A stretch of 64,000 nt of DNA from a virus: UHGV virus genome UHGV-0176771; one strand, given 5' to 3'. Shown here in pieces: positions 8,335 through 17,363 of the stretch. The number at the start of each line of letters is the position of its first letter. The stretch's first letter is position 1. A program made the translations under genes and the position numbers. Below the pieces are notes generated by a model. The model was not told the origin of the DNA, made no database searches, and saw nothing but the letters and a program-made list of their open reading frames with translations.

Positions 8335-8459
8335 GCTCTTTAGACTCTTCAATCTGTGTATCAGTTGAATAACGTAGAACTTTGGAACAGTCAGGAACAG
8401 CTTTTTGCTGTTCCGTATGTTATGGAAACAAATAATGATTTTATCGGGAGGAAATAGTT

Positions 8460-8672
8460 ATGACTTATGATGACTTGAATGTAGGAATGAATTTGATATG
8501 TGAACTATCAGATGGAACAAAAAAAGAAATGATAGTCGTTAGAAAAGGAATAGATGGTTTTGGAGAAAAATCAGTTGTATTTCAAAATAAGAGTTCCATT
8601 GCACAATTTTATTGTAAAGCAGCAGATGTTCCTAGATGGCATATAATGCCTAGTAAAAGAATAAAAAGATAA
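8460..8672 (+). CDS. hypothetical protein (70 aa)
   Basis: ORF track. RBS GGGAGGAAATAGTT then ATG. Confidence 0.5.
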   Translation: MTYDDLNVGMNLICELSDGTKKEMIVVRKGIDGFGEKSVVFQNKSSIAQFYCKAADVPRWHIMPSKRIKR

Positions 8673-8693
8673 TTTCAAATGGAGGAAATAGGT

Positions 8694-9020
8694 ATGAGAA
8701 AAGTAATTTTTAAAATTGATGATAAAGAATATTTCAGAAGAGAATTAGAAAAAGATAATTGTATAGGAAAACAGGCAGATGATATTCTGAAAGGTTTGGG
8801 AAATTTCAAAGCAATTTACACATTGTACGGAGTAGGAAATAATGTGGATAGATACGAATTAACAGATTATGACGGAAATAAAATCAGTATCAATGATTTA
8901 AACGGTTATGAAAAAGGAGTTGTTTTGAATGATTGCTGCGCCTATTTTACAGGTGGTAAATACCATAGTAATGCAAGTCAGCCTTGCGGTGTAGTGGAAA
9001 TTGTGGAAGAGGAGGTGTAG
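8694..9020 (+). CDS. hypothetical protein (108 aa from ATG 8694)
   Basis: RBS GGAGGAAATAGGT then ATG 8694. ORF track gives 8679. Confidence 0.5.
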   Translation: MRKVIFKIDDKEYFRRELEKDNCIGKQADDILKGLGNFKAIYTLYGVGNNVDRYELTDYDGNKISINDLNGYEKGVVLNDCCAYFTGGKYHSNASQPCGVVEIVEEEV

Positions 9021-9022
9021 AT

Positions 9023-9250
9023 ATGAAAATTCATTTATTTTGGATTGATAATAATTGGAGGAAAACAGGAGGAACGGCAAATAACTATAATCTTATTATT
9101 GATATGGAAAATAAAGTTTATAAGCAGTTTGTCAATCCTTTTTATGGGTATTATAAAGCGGAGGACATAGAAGTTAAAAGAAAGTCAGATATTGTAGATT
9201 ACATAAAATACTTAAAAGACAATGATTTTAAAGAAGTAGAAAAAATTTAA
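9023..9250 (+). CDS. hypothetical protein (75 aa from ATG 9023)
   Basis: RBS GAGGAGGTGTAGAT then ATG 9023. ORF-track start 8984 overlaps the upstream gene. Confidence 0.5.
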   Translation: MKIHLFWIDNNWRKTGGTANNYNLIIDMENKVYKQFVNPFYGYYKAEDIEVKRKSDIVDYIKYLKDNDFKEVEKI

Positions 9251-9283
9251 AGAACAGACGAAAGCACGATTTTAAGAGGTGAA

Positions 9284-9466
9284 ATGAGTATGAACATAAA
9301 TACCAGGAAGAAACAAAAAACGGACAAAATGTTATTAAGAAATAATGAACGCAAGATGTGTGGATTACCATTACATAGAAAGAAAAGTAAAAAGCGAAGA
9401 TATTTGACTAGGTGCGAAGCAGAAGAAACAATAGGCGCTTTTTTAGATTATTGTAACAGGGATTAG
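9284..9466 (+). CDS. small basic protein (60 aa)
   Basis: ORF track. Lys/Arg-rich (RKKQKTDK...HRKKSKKRRY). RBS AAGAGGTGAAATGAGT then ATG. Confidence 0.45.
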   Translation: MSMNINTRKKQKTDKMLLRNNERKMCGLPLHRKKSKKRRYLTRCEAEETIGAFLDYCNRD

Positions 9467-9485
9467 TTATTGGGAGGAAATAAAC

Positions 9486-9773
9486 ATGGAAATTAAAAAT
9501 TTATCACAGATAAAAAAAGCAATCAAAGAGGGACGTAAATTTATTATCAAAAAACACTATATTAGATCAGAATATGAGGGACAGATCAGAAAACCGAATG
9601 TAGTACAGACAAACGGATTTTACAGTATTGAAGATGGAAAACCAGGTAGCAAAATTACATTAGCTAACAATGGAAAAGGAAGTTGGATAGAATACGGAAA
9701 GGCTTCTGATTGGAAATTTGAAGATGGTGTTTGCAAACAGTCTAATGTGTGGGAAATCGAATTCGTGCAATAA
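9486..9773 (+). CDS. hypothetical protein (95 aa)
   Basis: ORF track. RBS TGGGAGGAAATAAAC then ATG. Confidence 0.55.
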   Translation: MEIKNLSQIKKAIKEGRKFIIKKHYIRSEYEGQIRKPNVVQTNGFYSIEDGKPGSKITLANNGKGSWIEYGKASDWKFEDGVCKQSNVWEIEFVQ

Positions 9774-9812
9774 GGAAAGTGATGTTTTATATAAGGAACA
9801 GGAGAGGTAATA

Positions 9813-10982
9813 ATGTTAAAATTTACAATGAATGCAAAATATTTAAAAGAAATTATGAGAAAAGGATTGGCAGCCATTGATAAGAAAGTAACACTTGACA
9901 GCTTGAAAAAGTTATATATGCAGGTCGAAGAAGATGGAACGGTGAAAATGTGGGGTACCGATATGGAACATTTTGCAGAAATAAGAACAAATAATGCATT
10001 TGACACAAGTCCAGGCGTTTTGGGGATTGACATTGACGATATCAAGATCATTTCCAAAATGAGCGGAGAAGTAACACTGGAAGATGTCAGTACGAAAACG
10101 CAGCAGAGAATAAACATAAAGTGCGGAAAAAAGATTGTTACTATTCCACGGTATGCGAATACAGATATTTTTCTTCCAGCAATGGATGATACAGAAGCAC
10201 ATATTATTACAACAACGGAGAGTTGGTTATTGGAAACAATCGCTAATCTTTCTTTATTTGTGGCAGGAGATGACGTTAATAAAATGCTGAATGTATTTAA
10301 CTTTAACACAAAGCGGAAACGTATAGAGGCGTTGGACAATCACAGAATTGCATTAAGATCACTTGATAGCCAGGAGATTATAACAGTGACGGAAAATCCA
10401 TTTGACACTGTAAAACTCCATGTGAAATGCTTGCCAGTATTCAAGAAAATCATGGATAAAAAATCAGATGCTGGAGTCAAAGTATATCAGGATCAGAAAT
10501 ATATCAGAATTTCCGGAAAAGATTTTACATACGTTATCAGAAGAATTGATGGACAATATTTCAATATTGAACAGATGTTGTGCGATAGCAGAGATTTTGT
10601 ATTCAATGCTGATAGAGAAGAAATGTTAAAAATTATGAAGTATAACGCAGATATGGTAAAAGAAGAAAAGGAACCTACTATCTTTCATAGTGAGAACGGA
10701 AAACTTTACACATATTTGCAGACTTCCAGATATCAAACTTTTGACGAGATTGAAACGAAAAATCTTGTAATGGACGAGGACTTATTTATTGGATTCAATT
10801 CACATTATCTTGTGGATGCATTATCAGTTATTGATTCAGAGAATCCGGTATTCAGAGGAAGCAAAAGAAATGCTCCAATGTACATTGATGGAAACGAGTA
10901 CAATTTCTTGATTCTTCCGATCAATATTGCTGAAGAAAGTTATATTATAAATTTTAGAACACAACTTGATAGAGCAGTTTAA
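9813..10982 (+). CDS. DNA polymerase sliding clamp (DnaN / beta-clamp-like), phage-encoded (389 aa)
   Basis: N-terminal MLKFTMNAKYLKEIMRKGLAAIDKK...LKKLYMQVEEDGTVKMWGTDMEHFAEI and ...RINIKCGKKIVTIPRYANTDIFLP follow the DnaN domain I pattern (TDLE / aedFP-like). Three-domain size. Confidence 0.65.
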   Translation: MLKFTMNAKYLKEIMRKGLAAIDKKVTLDSLKKLYMQVEEDGTVKMWGTDMEHFAEIRTNNAFDTSPGVLGIDIDDIKIISKMSGEVTLEDVSTKTQQRINIKCGKKIVTIPRYANTDIFLPAMDDTEAHIITTTESWLLETIANLSLFVAGDDVNKMLNVFNFNTKRKRIEALDNHRIALRSLDSQEIITVTENPFDTVKLHVKCLPVFKKIMDKKSDAGVKVYQDQKYIRISGKDFTYVIRRIDGQYFNIEQMLCDSRDFVFNADREEMLKIMKYNADMVKEEKEPTIFHSENGKLYTYLQTSRYQTFDEIETKNLVMDEDLFIGFNSHYLVDALSVIDSENPVFRGSKRNAPMYIDGNEYNFLILPINIAEESYIINFRTQLDRAV

Positions 10983-11038
10983 CGGCTGCTTTATCGTTTA
11001 TTTAATAAAAGAACGCTTTCATAGGAGGAAATGATAAT

Positions 11039-11257
11039 ATGTGTATTAATGAATTATGTGAACAGTTTGAAATTCAGGGGTGCTTCATAATTAAAGTATG
11101 GAAAGATGACATTTCAGATTATGAAATTTTGGCAAAAGGAAAAGATTTTGAACTTGATAAATTAGAAATTAATGATGAAATTTTAGAAAGAGAAATCACA
11201 TATATGTTTGCAAATGACGGAGTTTTGAATATCGAAGTTAAAGATATTGAAGAATGA
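11039..11257 (+). CDS. hypothetical protein (72 aa)
   Basis: ORF track. RBS ATAGGAGGAAATGATAAT then ATG. Confidence 0.5.
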   Translation: MCINELCEQFEIQGCFIIKVWKDDISDYEILAKGKDFELDKLEINDEILEREITYMFANDGVLNIEVKDIEE

Positions 11258-11789
11258 TAAGAAGATAATCTTAATGGAGGACGGAAATAATATGGAATTA
11301 AAAGATAGAATGGCGATTATTAATGATAAAGCAAGGAGAATCAATGATGAAAAAAGAATTAAAGAAGAAAAAATAGATATGGAAAGAAAAGAACTGTTGA
11401 ACAAAATTTCCTCACTTGAAGAAAGAATCCATGATCTAATCACACTTGTAAATGAATGTGCTAAAAATGGAATAAAACTTCCAGCTAATACAGAAAAATA
11501 TGGTTACGGAACCGGATATAGAAGTCATAATTTCTATGCTGACGGCATTTATCATCATGTTGGATTTATGGGGGGTAAAAAAGAAATGTGTAATTATATT
11601 GGAATATATAATGGCGGATTTTGTGGAGCATGGGATTTTTATACGAATGGAAAAGAAGTATTCTTGAAACATGAAAAAGATAAAAGTATAAGATATGATG
11701 TAGAAATCTATCATTTAGAAAAATTTCTTTCTGAGTTTGATATTTTCGAAAGTGCTTTTTATAAATGGATTAATTCATTGAGCGAATAG
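11247..11789 (+). CDS. hypothetical protein with N-terminal coiled coil (180 aa; alternative start ATG 11292 after GGAGGA)
   Basis: ORF track. Lys/Glu-rich heptad-like N-terminus, Gly/aromatic-rich C-terminus (GYGTGYRSHNFYADGIYHHVGFMGG). Confidence 0.5.
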   Translation: MKNDKKIILMEDGNNMELKDRMAIINDKARRINDEKRIKEEKIDMERKELLNKISSLEERIHDLITLVNECAKNGIKLPANTEKYGYGTGYRSHNFYADGIYHHVGFMGGKKEMCNYIGIYNGGFCGAWDFYTNGKEVFLKHEKDKSIRYDVEIYHLEKFLSEFDIFESAFYKWINSLSE

Positions 11790-11803
11790 AGTGAGGAAAA
11801 GTT

Positions 11804-12028
11804 ATGGAAGAACTAAAGCAGTACAGAGAAAATTCATATTATGACATTGAAGATGTAGCAGAACAGTTGATTGAATTATCTAATCTGGGACGATCAGAAG
11901 AATTGAAACAAGAATTGGAAGATGGTTTATGTCTTTTACAAGCAATGGCACAGAAAGAATATAATAAAGATTGCTTCAGAGTATTATATAATGTGCTGCT
12001 TGTGATTGCCGGGAATGAATTTTTATAA
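11804..12028 (+). CDS. hypothetical protein (74 aa)
   Basis: ORF track. RBS GAGTGAGGAAAAGTT then ATG. Confidence 0.5.
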   Translation: MEELKQYRENSYYDIEDVAEQLIELSNLGRSEELKQELEDGLCLLQAMAQKEYNKDCFRVLYNVLLVIAGNEFL

Positions 12029-12055
12029 AAATTTTCATGATAGGATTGAAAGGTT

Positions 12056-12268
12056 ATGAACGAAAATAAGAAAATAGTGACAGTAGGGGAATTAAGAGAA
12101 TTTATTAAAGATATTTCATACGATACGCAAGTTTTTGTTTGTTGTCAGGGATATAGCAATTACGATTTTCAAAATGAAAGGATGTATCAAGACAGTGATA
12201 CAAATGTAAGTATATATAATGGGAAACTTTTCATAGCGGATTCATGTGCAATAAGTGATTCTAAGTGA
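12056..12268 (+). CDS. hypothetical protein (70 aa)
   Basis: ORF track. RBS TTGAAAGGTT then ATG. Confidence 0.5.
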   Translation: MNENKKIVTVGELREFIKDISYDTQVFVCCQGYSNYDFQNERMYQDSDTNVSIYNGKLFIADSCAISDSK

Positions 12269-12295
12269 AATGCAGATTTTTAGAGAGGGAATAAC

Positions 12296-12505
12296 ATGGA
12301 CACACAGAAAATTGCGAAAATATTATATAATCTGTCTTTAGATATGGACTATGCTGACGCATTAGAATACAAAGATGAAGAAGTAAAGTGTATCACAGAA
12401 GAACTGGAAATTTTAAAACAAAATGAATGTTTCAGTACGCTGCAAATGTTGGAAATGATCGCATTAAAAAATGAAGATATGGAACATTGGAAAGAGGGAA
12501 AATAG
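12296..12505 (+). CDS. hypothetical protein (69 aa)
   Basis: ORF track. RBS AGAGAGGGAATAAC then ATG. Confidence 0.5.
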   Translation: MDTQKIAKILYNLSLDMDYADALEYKDEEVKCITEELEILKQNECFSTLQMLEMIALKNEDMEHWKEGK

Positions 12506-12506
12506 T

Positions 12507-12866
12507 ATGTCATTAAGAGAATATTTAAAAGAACTGAAAATTGATCAGATTGAAGATGATGCAGAATTTTGTGACAAGGAATACAACGCAATAATGGACT
12601 ATTGCACAGAACGGAAATTCTTAATCACAGATGATGATTTAGCATGTATTGTCAATCGTGGTATGAATGATAGTTATGAGTATAGACGCGCACAATATAT
12701 TAAGGATTTATGGTTAGACTTTGGAGACGTTCCAATGAATCCTGAAACAGAATGTATTGAAGAGGAATGGAGCGAATTTGCAGCAGGAACACACAGATAT
12801 GAAATCTGGTCGTGGTTTGAAGAAACTTATGGTGTTAGTGTTGCAAAAGATTTGATGGGATTATAG
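12507..12866 (+). CDS. hypothetical protein (119 aa from ATG 12507)
   Basis: RBS AAAGAGGGAAAATAGT then ATG 12507. ORF-track start 12471 overlaps the upstream gene. Confidence 0.5.
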   Translation: MSLREYLKELKIDQIEDDAEFCDKEYNAIMDYCTERKFLITDDDLACIVNRGMNDSYEYRRAQYIKDLWLDFGDVPMNPETECIEEEWSEFAAGTHRYEIWSWFEETYGVSVAKDLMGL

Positions 12867-12878
12867 GAGAAAATGATT

Positions 12879-13052
12879 ATGGCAAAATATATTGTAGATT
12901 ATTACGAAACATACAGTAAATCATATGAAGTAGAAGCGAATAGTAAAGAAGAAGCGGAAGAAATTGTAAAGAATGATATTCGCGAAGGACGTAGAGACGC
13001 GCCGTATAATTGTAGTAATTCATGGTGTGAAACGGAAATTATGGAAGAGTAG
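12879..13052 (+). CDS. small hypothetical protein (57 aa)
   Basis: RBS ATAGGAGAAAATGATT then ATG 12879. MAKYIVDYYETYSKSYEVEANSKEEAEEIVKND... Confidence 0.35.
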   Translation: MAKYIVDYYETYSKSYEVEANSKEEAEEIVKNDIREGRRDAPYNCSNSWCETEIMEE

Positions 13053-13091
13053 GAAATCAGTATTTTATCCTAGAATGGAGAATATATAATT

Positions 13092-13286
13092 ATGAATGGA
13101 AAACAGATTATACTTTATGATTTTGAAGATTTACCGCATGGAACGAAAGCTACTATCGTTTTAAACAAAACTGATTTAATGAGAGTGGTTTCGTTTGGAG
13201 AAAATTTTGGAACAAAAACAGGAGAAGTTATCACATCATCTGAAATAAGTAGAAAAAAATGGGAAGTTATTTTAGGATGGGATTAG
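13092..13286 (+). CDS. hypothetical protein (64 aa)
   Basis: ORF track. RBS AATGGAGAATATATAATT then ATG. Confidence 0.5.
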   Translation: MNGKQIILYDFEDLPHGTKATIVLNKTDLMRVVSFGENFGTKTGEVITSSEISRKKWEVILGWD

Positions 13287-13322
13287 AATGAATTCGGAAA
13301 TTTATCTAAAGGGGTTTTTAAT

Positions 13323-13505
13323 GTGGCTTTTCAAATAATCGAAAAAGATGGAAAAAGTTATAGAAAGAATATTAATAAAACAGGACAATGCAAACATTAT
13401 CCAGAAATACGGTGTGTTTGCTGCAATCCAGAATGTGACCATAATTGTAGTGTAGATGATGAATTGGAAGAAATGTTAGAAAATCAGTTGATGAATTTTC
13501 TTTGA
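13323..13505 (+). CDS. Cys-rich small protein (60 aa, GTG start)
   Basis: ORF track. CKHYPEIRCVCCNPECDHNC cysteine cluster. Confidence 0.4.
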   Translation: MAFQIIEKDGKSYRKNINKTGQCKHYPEIRCVCCNPECDHNCSVDDELEEMLENQLMNFL

Positions 13506-13534
13506 AACTCGTATTTTAAAAGGAGTGGTAAAGA

Positions 13535-13771
13535 GTGAAAATTGAAAAGATTATTTGTGATTGCTGCGGAGAAGAAATTCCGACAGTAAAGAAGAAAGAT
13601 ATTTTCGGAATTGAAAGAGAATATTATCGTTTTGGAAAATTAAATTACGGAGAACCTTTTACAGATATTAATTGCCATAATTTAGGTCTTGATTTATGTG
13701 AGCGGTGTGCCGGGAAGATCAGTTTAGAGATGTATAAAACTAGAATGGAAATGTTAAACGGTACAAAATGA
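13535..13771 (+). CDS. zinc-ribbon protein (78 aa, GTG start)
   Basis: CDCCGEE...CHNLGLDLCERCAGK, two CxxC pairs. RBS AAGGAGTGGTAAAGA then GTG. Confidence 0.5.
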   Translation: MKIEKIICDCCGEEIPTVKKKDIFGIEREYYRFGKLNYGEPFTDINCHNLGLDLCERCAGKISLEMYKTRMEMLNGTK

Positions 13772-13792
13772 TAAAAGAAGGATGTGGAGTTT

Positions 13793-13945
13793 ATGAGAAG
13801 TGTTAGTTGTGCAATAATTAGCTTTGTGCTGTTTTATATGGCATTATGTTTTAAGGGAAAATACTATACAGCAAAAGGAGTTTTGATTTTTATTTCGTTT
13901 ATTATGATCGGAATTGCAATTATACTAATGATATTAGGAATGTGA
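13793..13945 (+). CDS. small membrane peptide (50 aa)
   Basis: RBS AAGGATGTGGAGTTT then ATG. Two hydrophobic helices (ISFVLFYMALCF / VLIFISFIMIGIAIILMILG). Confidence 0.35.
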   Translation: MRSVSCAIISFVLFYMALCFKGKYYTAKGVLIFISFIMIGIAIILMILGM

Positions 13946-13980
13946 TGAAAGTCGCATTTCAAGAGAGGATGGAAAAATAA

Positions 13981-14202
13981 ATGAAAAATATTTTTATTAT
14001 TGATATAGACACAAAAGAAAGGGTTGGAATGATTGATTTTCTTCCACGTAGAGAAGAACGAATAATCATTAATTATCATGGTAGAAATTTAGAATACAAG
14101 GTTGGTTGTGTTGTATGCCATCCTTCCGAGAATGGTATACTTGTGTTTGTAAATTTAGTAGATAATTATTACGAGAAGATAATTAAAAATATCAAGTGGT
14201 AA
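13981..14202 (+). CDS. hypothetical protein (73 aa)
   Basis: ORF track. RBS AGAGGATGGAAAAATAA then ATG. Confidence 0.5.
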   Translation: MKNIFIIDIDTKERVGMIDFLPRREERIIINYHGRNLEYKVGCVVCHPSENGILVFVNLVDNYYEKIIKNIKW

Positions 14203-14279
14203 TGAACTTCACATTTCTTTTGCGCGAGAAATGACAACAATAAAAGAATTGGCAGCAGGAAATAAAGGAGTAAGAAATT

Positions 14280-14588
14280 ATGATGTGGACATTATTTGTA
14301 TTGGATTTTGATGGAACCTATAACAATGAATACAAAGAAGGTTACGGAGCAAGACCAGAAGTATATCAGATTCCATTAGATAGACAGAGAGAGGTGGAAA
14401 GTCTTGCCGGAGAAGCAACTAGAAAGTTTAATTCATGTACAGACGTATGTGAACCTATTGGAGATATTTTTAAAGGATTGCTCGAAGAGCATGGTATTAA
14501 ATTCCACTATGTTGGATATTTAAAAATACGTTTCAAAGAGAGACAAGAAGATTATCTTGCAGATTATATTCCTAGGGAGATTGTGTAA
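14280..14588 (+). CDS. hypothetical protein (102 aa)
   Basis: ORF track. RBS AAAGGAGTAAGAAATT then ATG. Confidence 0.5.
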   Translation: MMWTLFVLDFDGTYNNEYKEGYGARPEVYQIPLDRQREVESLAGEATRKFNSCTDVCEPIGDIFKGLLEEHGIKFHYVGYLKIRFKERQEDYLADYIPREIV

Positions 14589-14590
14589 GT

Positions 14591-15133
14591 ATGGCTCAAA
14601 GATGGACAGACAGAGAGATTAGGTATTTAGAATCGAAATATTTGAATCAGGCTGTGTCAATTACAGCAAAAAGACTTAATAGAACAGAACGTGCAGTTGT
14701 TAAAAAGGCTTTGGAAATAGGCTTGAGCAAGGTGCATGATATTTTAAGCGTGAATAAACTTGCTGAGTGTTTCAATGTTACTCATAAGGTGGTCATGAAG
14801 TGGATAAATCAATATGATCTTCCATGTCGGAAATTTAAATGTTCGTGCTGCACAAAATATATGATTGATCTTGAAAATTTCTGGAAATGGGCTGAACAGC
14901 ATAAGGATATTATCAACTGGTCTAGGTATAATTGTACGACATTGGCTTTGGAACCGGCGTGGGTAAGGTGTGAAAAATTCTCATATGACAGACCAAACAA
15001 AGGAAAATACTGGACAGATATGGAAATAAACTATGCAAAATCCATGTTACGTAGAGGAATGTCTTATAGAGAAGTTGCAAAAGAGTTAGGAAGAACGCAG
15101 AGTGGTGTTGCACATAAGTGTGCTTACATATAA
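14591..15133 (+). CDS. Tandem GcrA-like / Myb-like HTH regulator (180 aa, two repeats)
   Basis: WTDREIRYLESKYL...ITAKRLNRTERAVVKKALEIGL and WTDMEINYAKSMLRRGMSYREVAKELGRTQSGVAHKCAYI both follow the GcrA N-terminal pattern (W.d.e...L...w..G.s...IA..lgrt..av.gK..rlgL). Confidence 0.55.
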   Translation: MAQRWTDREIRYLESKYLNQAVSITAKRLNRTERAVVKKALEIGLSKVHDILSVNKLAECFNVTHKVVMKWINQYDLPCRKFKCSCCTKYMIDLENFWKWAEQHKDIINWSRYNCTTLALEPAWVRCEKFSYDRPNKGKYWTDMEINYAKSMLRRGMSYREVAKELGRTQSGVAHKCAYI

Positions 15134-15257
15134 TAGATAATGAAGGGAGATATGCATATGGGAGCGTTAATTGGAGGAATATTTTTATTGATGCTATGTG
15201 CGTTTTTGGAAAATCTCAGTGATAGTTTAAAGTAAAAAATATTTGGAGGTAAACATT

Positions 15258-15395
15258 ATGGGTGGAATTATTTTTGGGTTGATTGTTCTTGTTATTGGAG
15301 GTTTGTTTGCATTGGCAGAAGATCATAAGACAAGTAAAATGTCAGAAGATGAACGATGGGAATATGAATGGAAGAAAGCAAAAAAAGGAAGATAG
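15258..15395 (+). CDS. small membrane peptide (45 aa)
   Basis: RBS TTTGGAGGTAAACATT then ATG. MGGIIFGLIVLVIGGLFALAEDHK... Confidence 0.3.
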   Translation: MGGIIFGLIVLVIGGLFALAEDHKTSKMSEDERWEYEWKKAKKGR

Positions 15396-15527
15396 TGTAT
15401 GTATAGTTAGAAGTCATCAGAAATTGTCCTGGTGACTTTTGTAGTGTATATAAGAAAAAAATATGAATCAATTAAAGCAATCGGAAATATCTGATTGTTT
15501 TTTTATTGCAAAAATAGGAGGGATATT

Positions 15528-15704
15528 ATGAGAAGAGAAAAGGACAGCATGGAGTATTTATTTAAGAAACAAAGTAGAGGAATCAAAGAGAGAATAAGAA
15601 GAGAAGAAAATTCTGTGCATAATAGTCATAACATTTGCTGCATGGATTTTGAATTTTACGCAGAAACAAGGGTAGATGGACTGTTACATGGACGAAGAAT
15701 ATAA
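15528..15704 (+). CDS. hypothetical protein (58 aa from ATG 15528)
   Basis: RBS AATAGGAGGGATATT then ATG 15528. Two upstream hairpin+T-run terminators at about 15408-15440 and 15474-15500. Confidence 0.45.
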   Translation: MRREKDSMEYLFKKQSRGIKERIRREENSVHNSHNICCMDFEFYAETRVDGLLHGRRI

Positions 15705-15707
15705 ATT

Positions 15708-15971
15708 ATGAAAGGATGCTGTAAAGTGCAAGAACTTGAAAAAGAAGATATCCCATTGAGAGAATACGAAAAATTGTATTGTCGGAATGTATATGAATAC
15801 CTTACACGGAATAACAAGCCACAGGAACAGAAATATTATAGAACCGATGACGGAGAGTTATGGGAAATTAGTTGTTTTCACAGAAGAGAATCAAAAGAAT
15901 TTGCAGAACGATTGTCTGCATTAGAATATTTACAAAAGAAAATAGATATTGCAGAAGCGTTGGGATTTTAG
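15708..15971 (+). CDS. hypothetical protein (87 aa)
   Basis: ORF track. Starts 4 nt after the preceding stop. Confidence 0.5.
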   Translation: MKGCCKVQELEKEDIPLREYEKLYCRNVYEYLTRNNKPQEQKYYRTDDGELWEISCFHRRESKEFAERLSALEYLQKKIDIAEALGF

Positions 15972-15982
15972 GAGGACATTAT

Positions 15983-16978
15983 ATGTGTTATAAAATTGAA
16001 AAACAAAGAAAAATAGAACAAAAACTTGCAAAAGAATTAAAAGATATTCCTGATTTTATATCAGATTTTTTTGATAGATATAAATCAGCAGCTACAAAGA
16101 GAGTTAATTGGATATATATTAGAGATATGCTTAATTGGATGATCAATAATAAATATATAAATAAACAAAGCATAGCAGAAATCAATGAAACAGATATACA
16201 GATTATTACTAGTAATAATCTTATTAAATATCTTAACGAATTAAAAAATGGAATTTTAGGAAGAACAAATTCACTGGATTCTATCAATACAAAGAAGAAT
16301 GTATTCAGTGCTTTTTGGAATTATTTACGACAAAATAAATATGTCGATGATAATGTGATTTCACATATACCTGGCAATCTATATAAATCTGAAAAAAGAT
16401 ATAAAGAAGTAGAAATCCCAACAGATGAGCAAGTGGAAAAATTCTTAGTAAATATCACAGATGGAAATAAAAATGAATTTAATATTATTAGAAATATTGC
16501 CATTGTTCAACTTATAAAAGGAAGTGGTATTCGTTCAGAAGAGCTAATAAATATGGATATTTCCGATTTACATCTATACGAAGAAAAAAGACCGTATATG
16601 ATGATTCTTGGAAAGGGAAATATACAAGAATATGATAAAGTTTATATGTCTGAACAGGCTAGAATGAATATTGAGGAGTATTTGAAAATTAGAACTTTTT
16701 TCGTAACAGAGAGAAAAATTAAAGATAATGCATTGTTTTTATCAAATGAAAATAACAGATTAAGTAAAGGTGCAATTACAGGGTTTTTTAATTTATATTC
16801 GGAAGGTGAAATTTACCCACATATGTTAAGACATTGGGTTGGAAGTAAATTGTATGAAGAAACAAAAGATATTGTTCTTGTTCAAAGACAATTAAGGCAC
16901 AAGAATTTGGAAACAGCAGCAAGATACTATGTACACATGGATGAATCTACTATAGCAGATGCTGTACTCACGCTTTAA
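15983..16978 (+). CDS. Tyrosine recombinase / phage integrase family protein (331 aa)
   Basis: C-terminal catalytic signature HMLRHWVGSKL...LVQRQLRHKNLETAARYYVH (R..H-R-Y). RBS GGAGGACATTAT then ATG 15983. ORF-track start 15872 is an in-frame upstream extension overlapping the previous gene. Confidence 0.8.
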   Translation: MCYKIEKQRKIEQKLAKELKDIPDFISDFFDRYKSAATKRVNWIYIRDMLNWMINNKYINKQSIAEINETDIQIITSNNLIKYLNELKNGILGRTNSLDSINTKKNVFSAFWNYLRQNKYVDDNVISHIPGNLYKSEKRYKEVEIPTDEQVEKFLVNITDGNKNEFNIIRNIAIVQLIKGSGIRSEELINMDISDLHLYEEKRPYMMILGKGNIQEYDKVYMSEQARMNIEEYLKIRTFFVTERKIKDNALFLSNENNRLSKGAITGFFNLYSEGEIYPHMLRHWVGSKLYEETKDIVLVQRQLRHKNLETAARYYVHMDESTIADAVLTL

Positions 16979-17013
16979 AATATGGTAATATAGTATATAA
17001 CGGAGGAATAAAA

Positions 17014-17211
17014 TTGAGAGGAAAATATATTGGAAGAGACGGAAGTATGGGGTTTCGTACAGGACAAACATATGAGATAAGCACAGAACTTACGAAAATC
17101 TACAGAGATAAGAAAAAGATTGATGTGATTATGGTGCGTAGTGGGAAATTGTTTTGCCCATATGATTCTGTGGAAAGCATCTTGGAAAATTGGATTTTGG
17201 AGAAAATGTGA
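17014..17211 (+). CDS. hypothetical protein (65 aa)
   Basis: ORF track. RBS AACGGAGGAATAAAA then TTG. Confidence 0.45.
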   Translation: MRGKYIGRDGSMGFRTGQTYEISTELTKIYRDKKKIDVIMVRSGKLFCPYDSVESILENWILEKM

Positions 17212-17363
17212 TGGAAAATTTTATGAACGAGCCAGTGGAGTATAACTGGACAGAGAATGATATTATAAAAGAATTCCAAAAATATAATGATAAGAAGAAA
17301 GTTGCAAAGGTATATGGAATTACAGTGCAGCAGGTGACGAAAATTTTGAAAAGGAATGTATAA
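17211..17363 (+). CDS. small HTH protein (50 aa), candidate HipB-like partner of the downstream kinase
   Basis: MENFMNEPVEYNWTENDIIKEFQKYNDKKKVAKVYGITVQQVTKILKRNV. VAKVYGITVQQVTKIL is HTH-like. Start overlaps the upstream stop (TGATG). Its 3' end overlaps the next gene by 8 nt. Confidence 0.4.
   Translation: MENFMNEPVEYNWTENDIIKEFQKYNDKKKVAKVYGITVQQVTKILKRNV

Noticed and set aside
9620-10339. 239-aa minus-strand ORF
   Set aside because: It is antisense to the well-supported sliding-clamp gene, low-complexity and Ser/Ile-rich, and has no RBS. Typical antisense artefact in AT-rich DNA.
15872-15982. Upstream extension of the integrase ORF to 15872
   Set aside because: It overlaps the 3' end of gene 15708..15971 in another frame. 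ATG 15983 has a perfect GGAGGA RBS.
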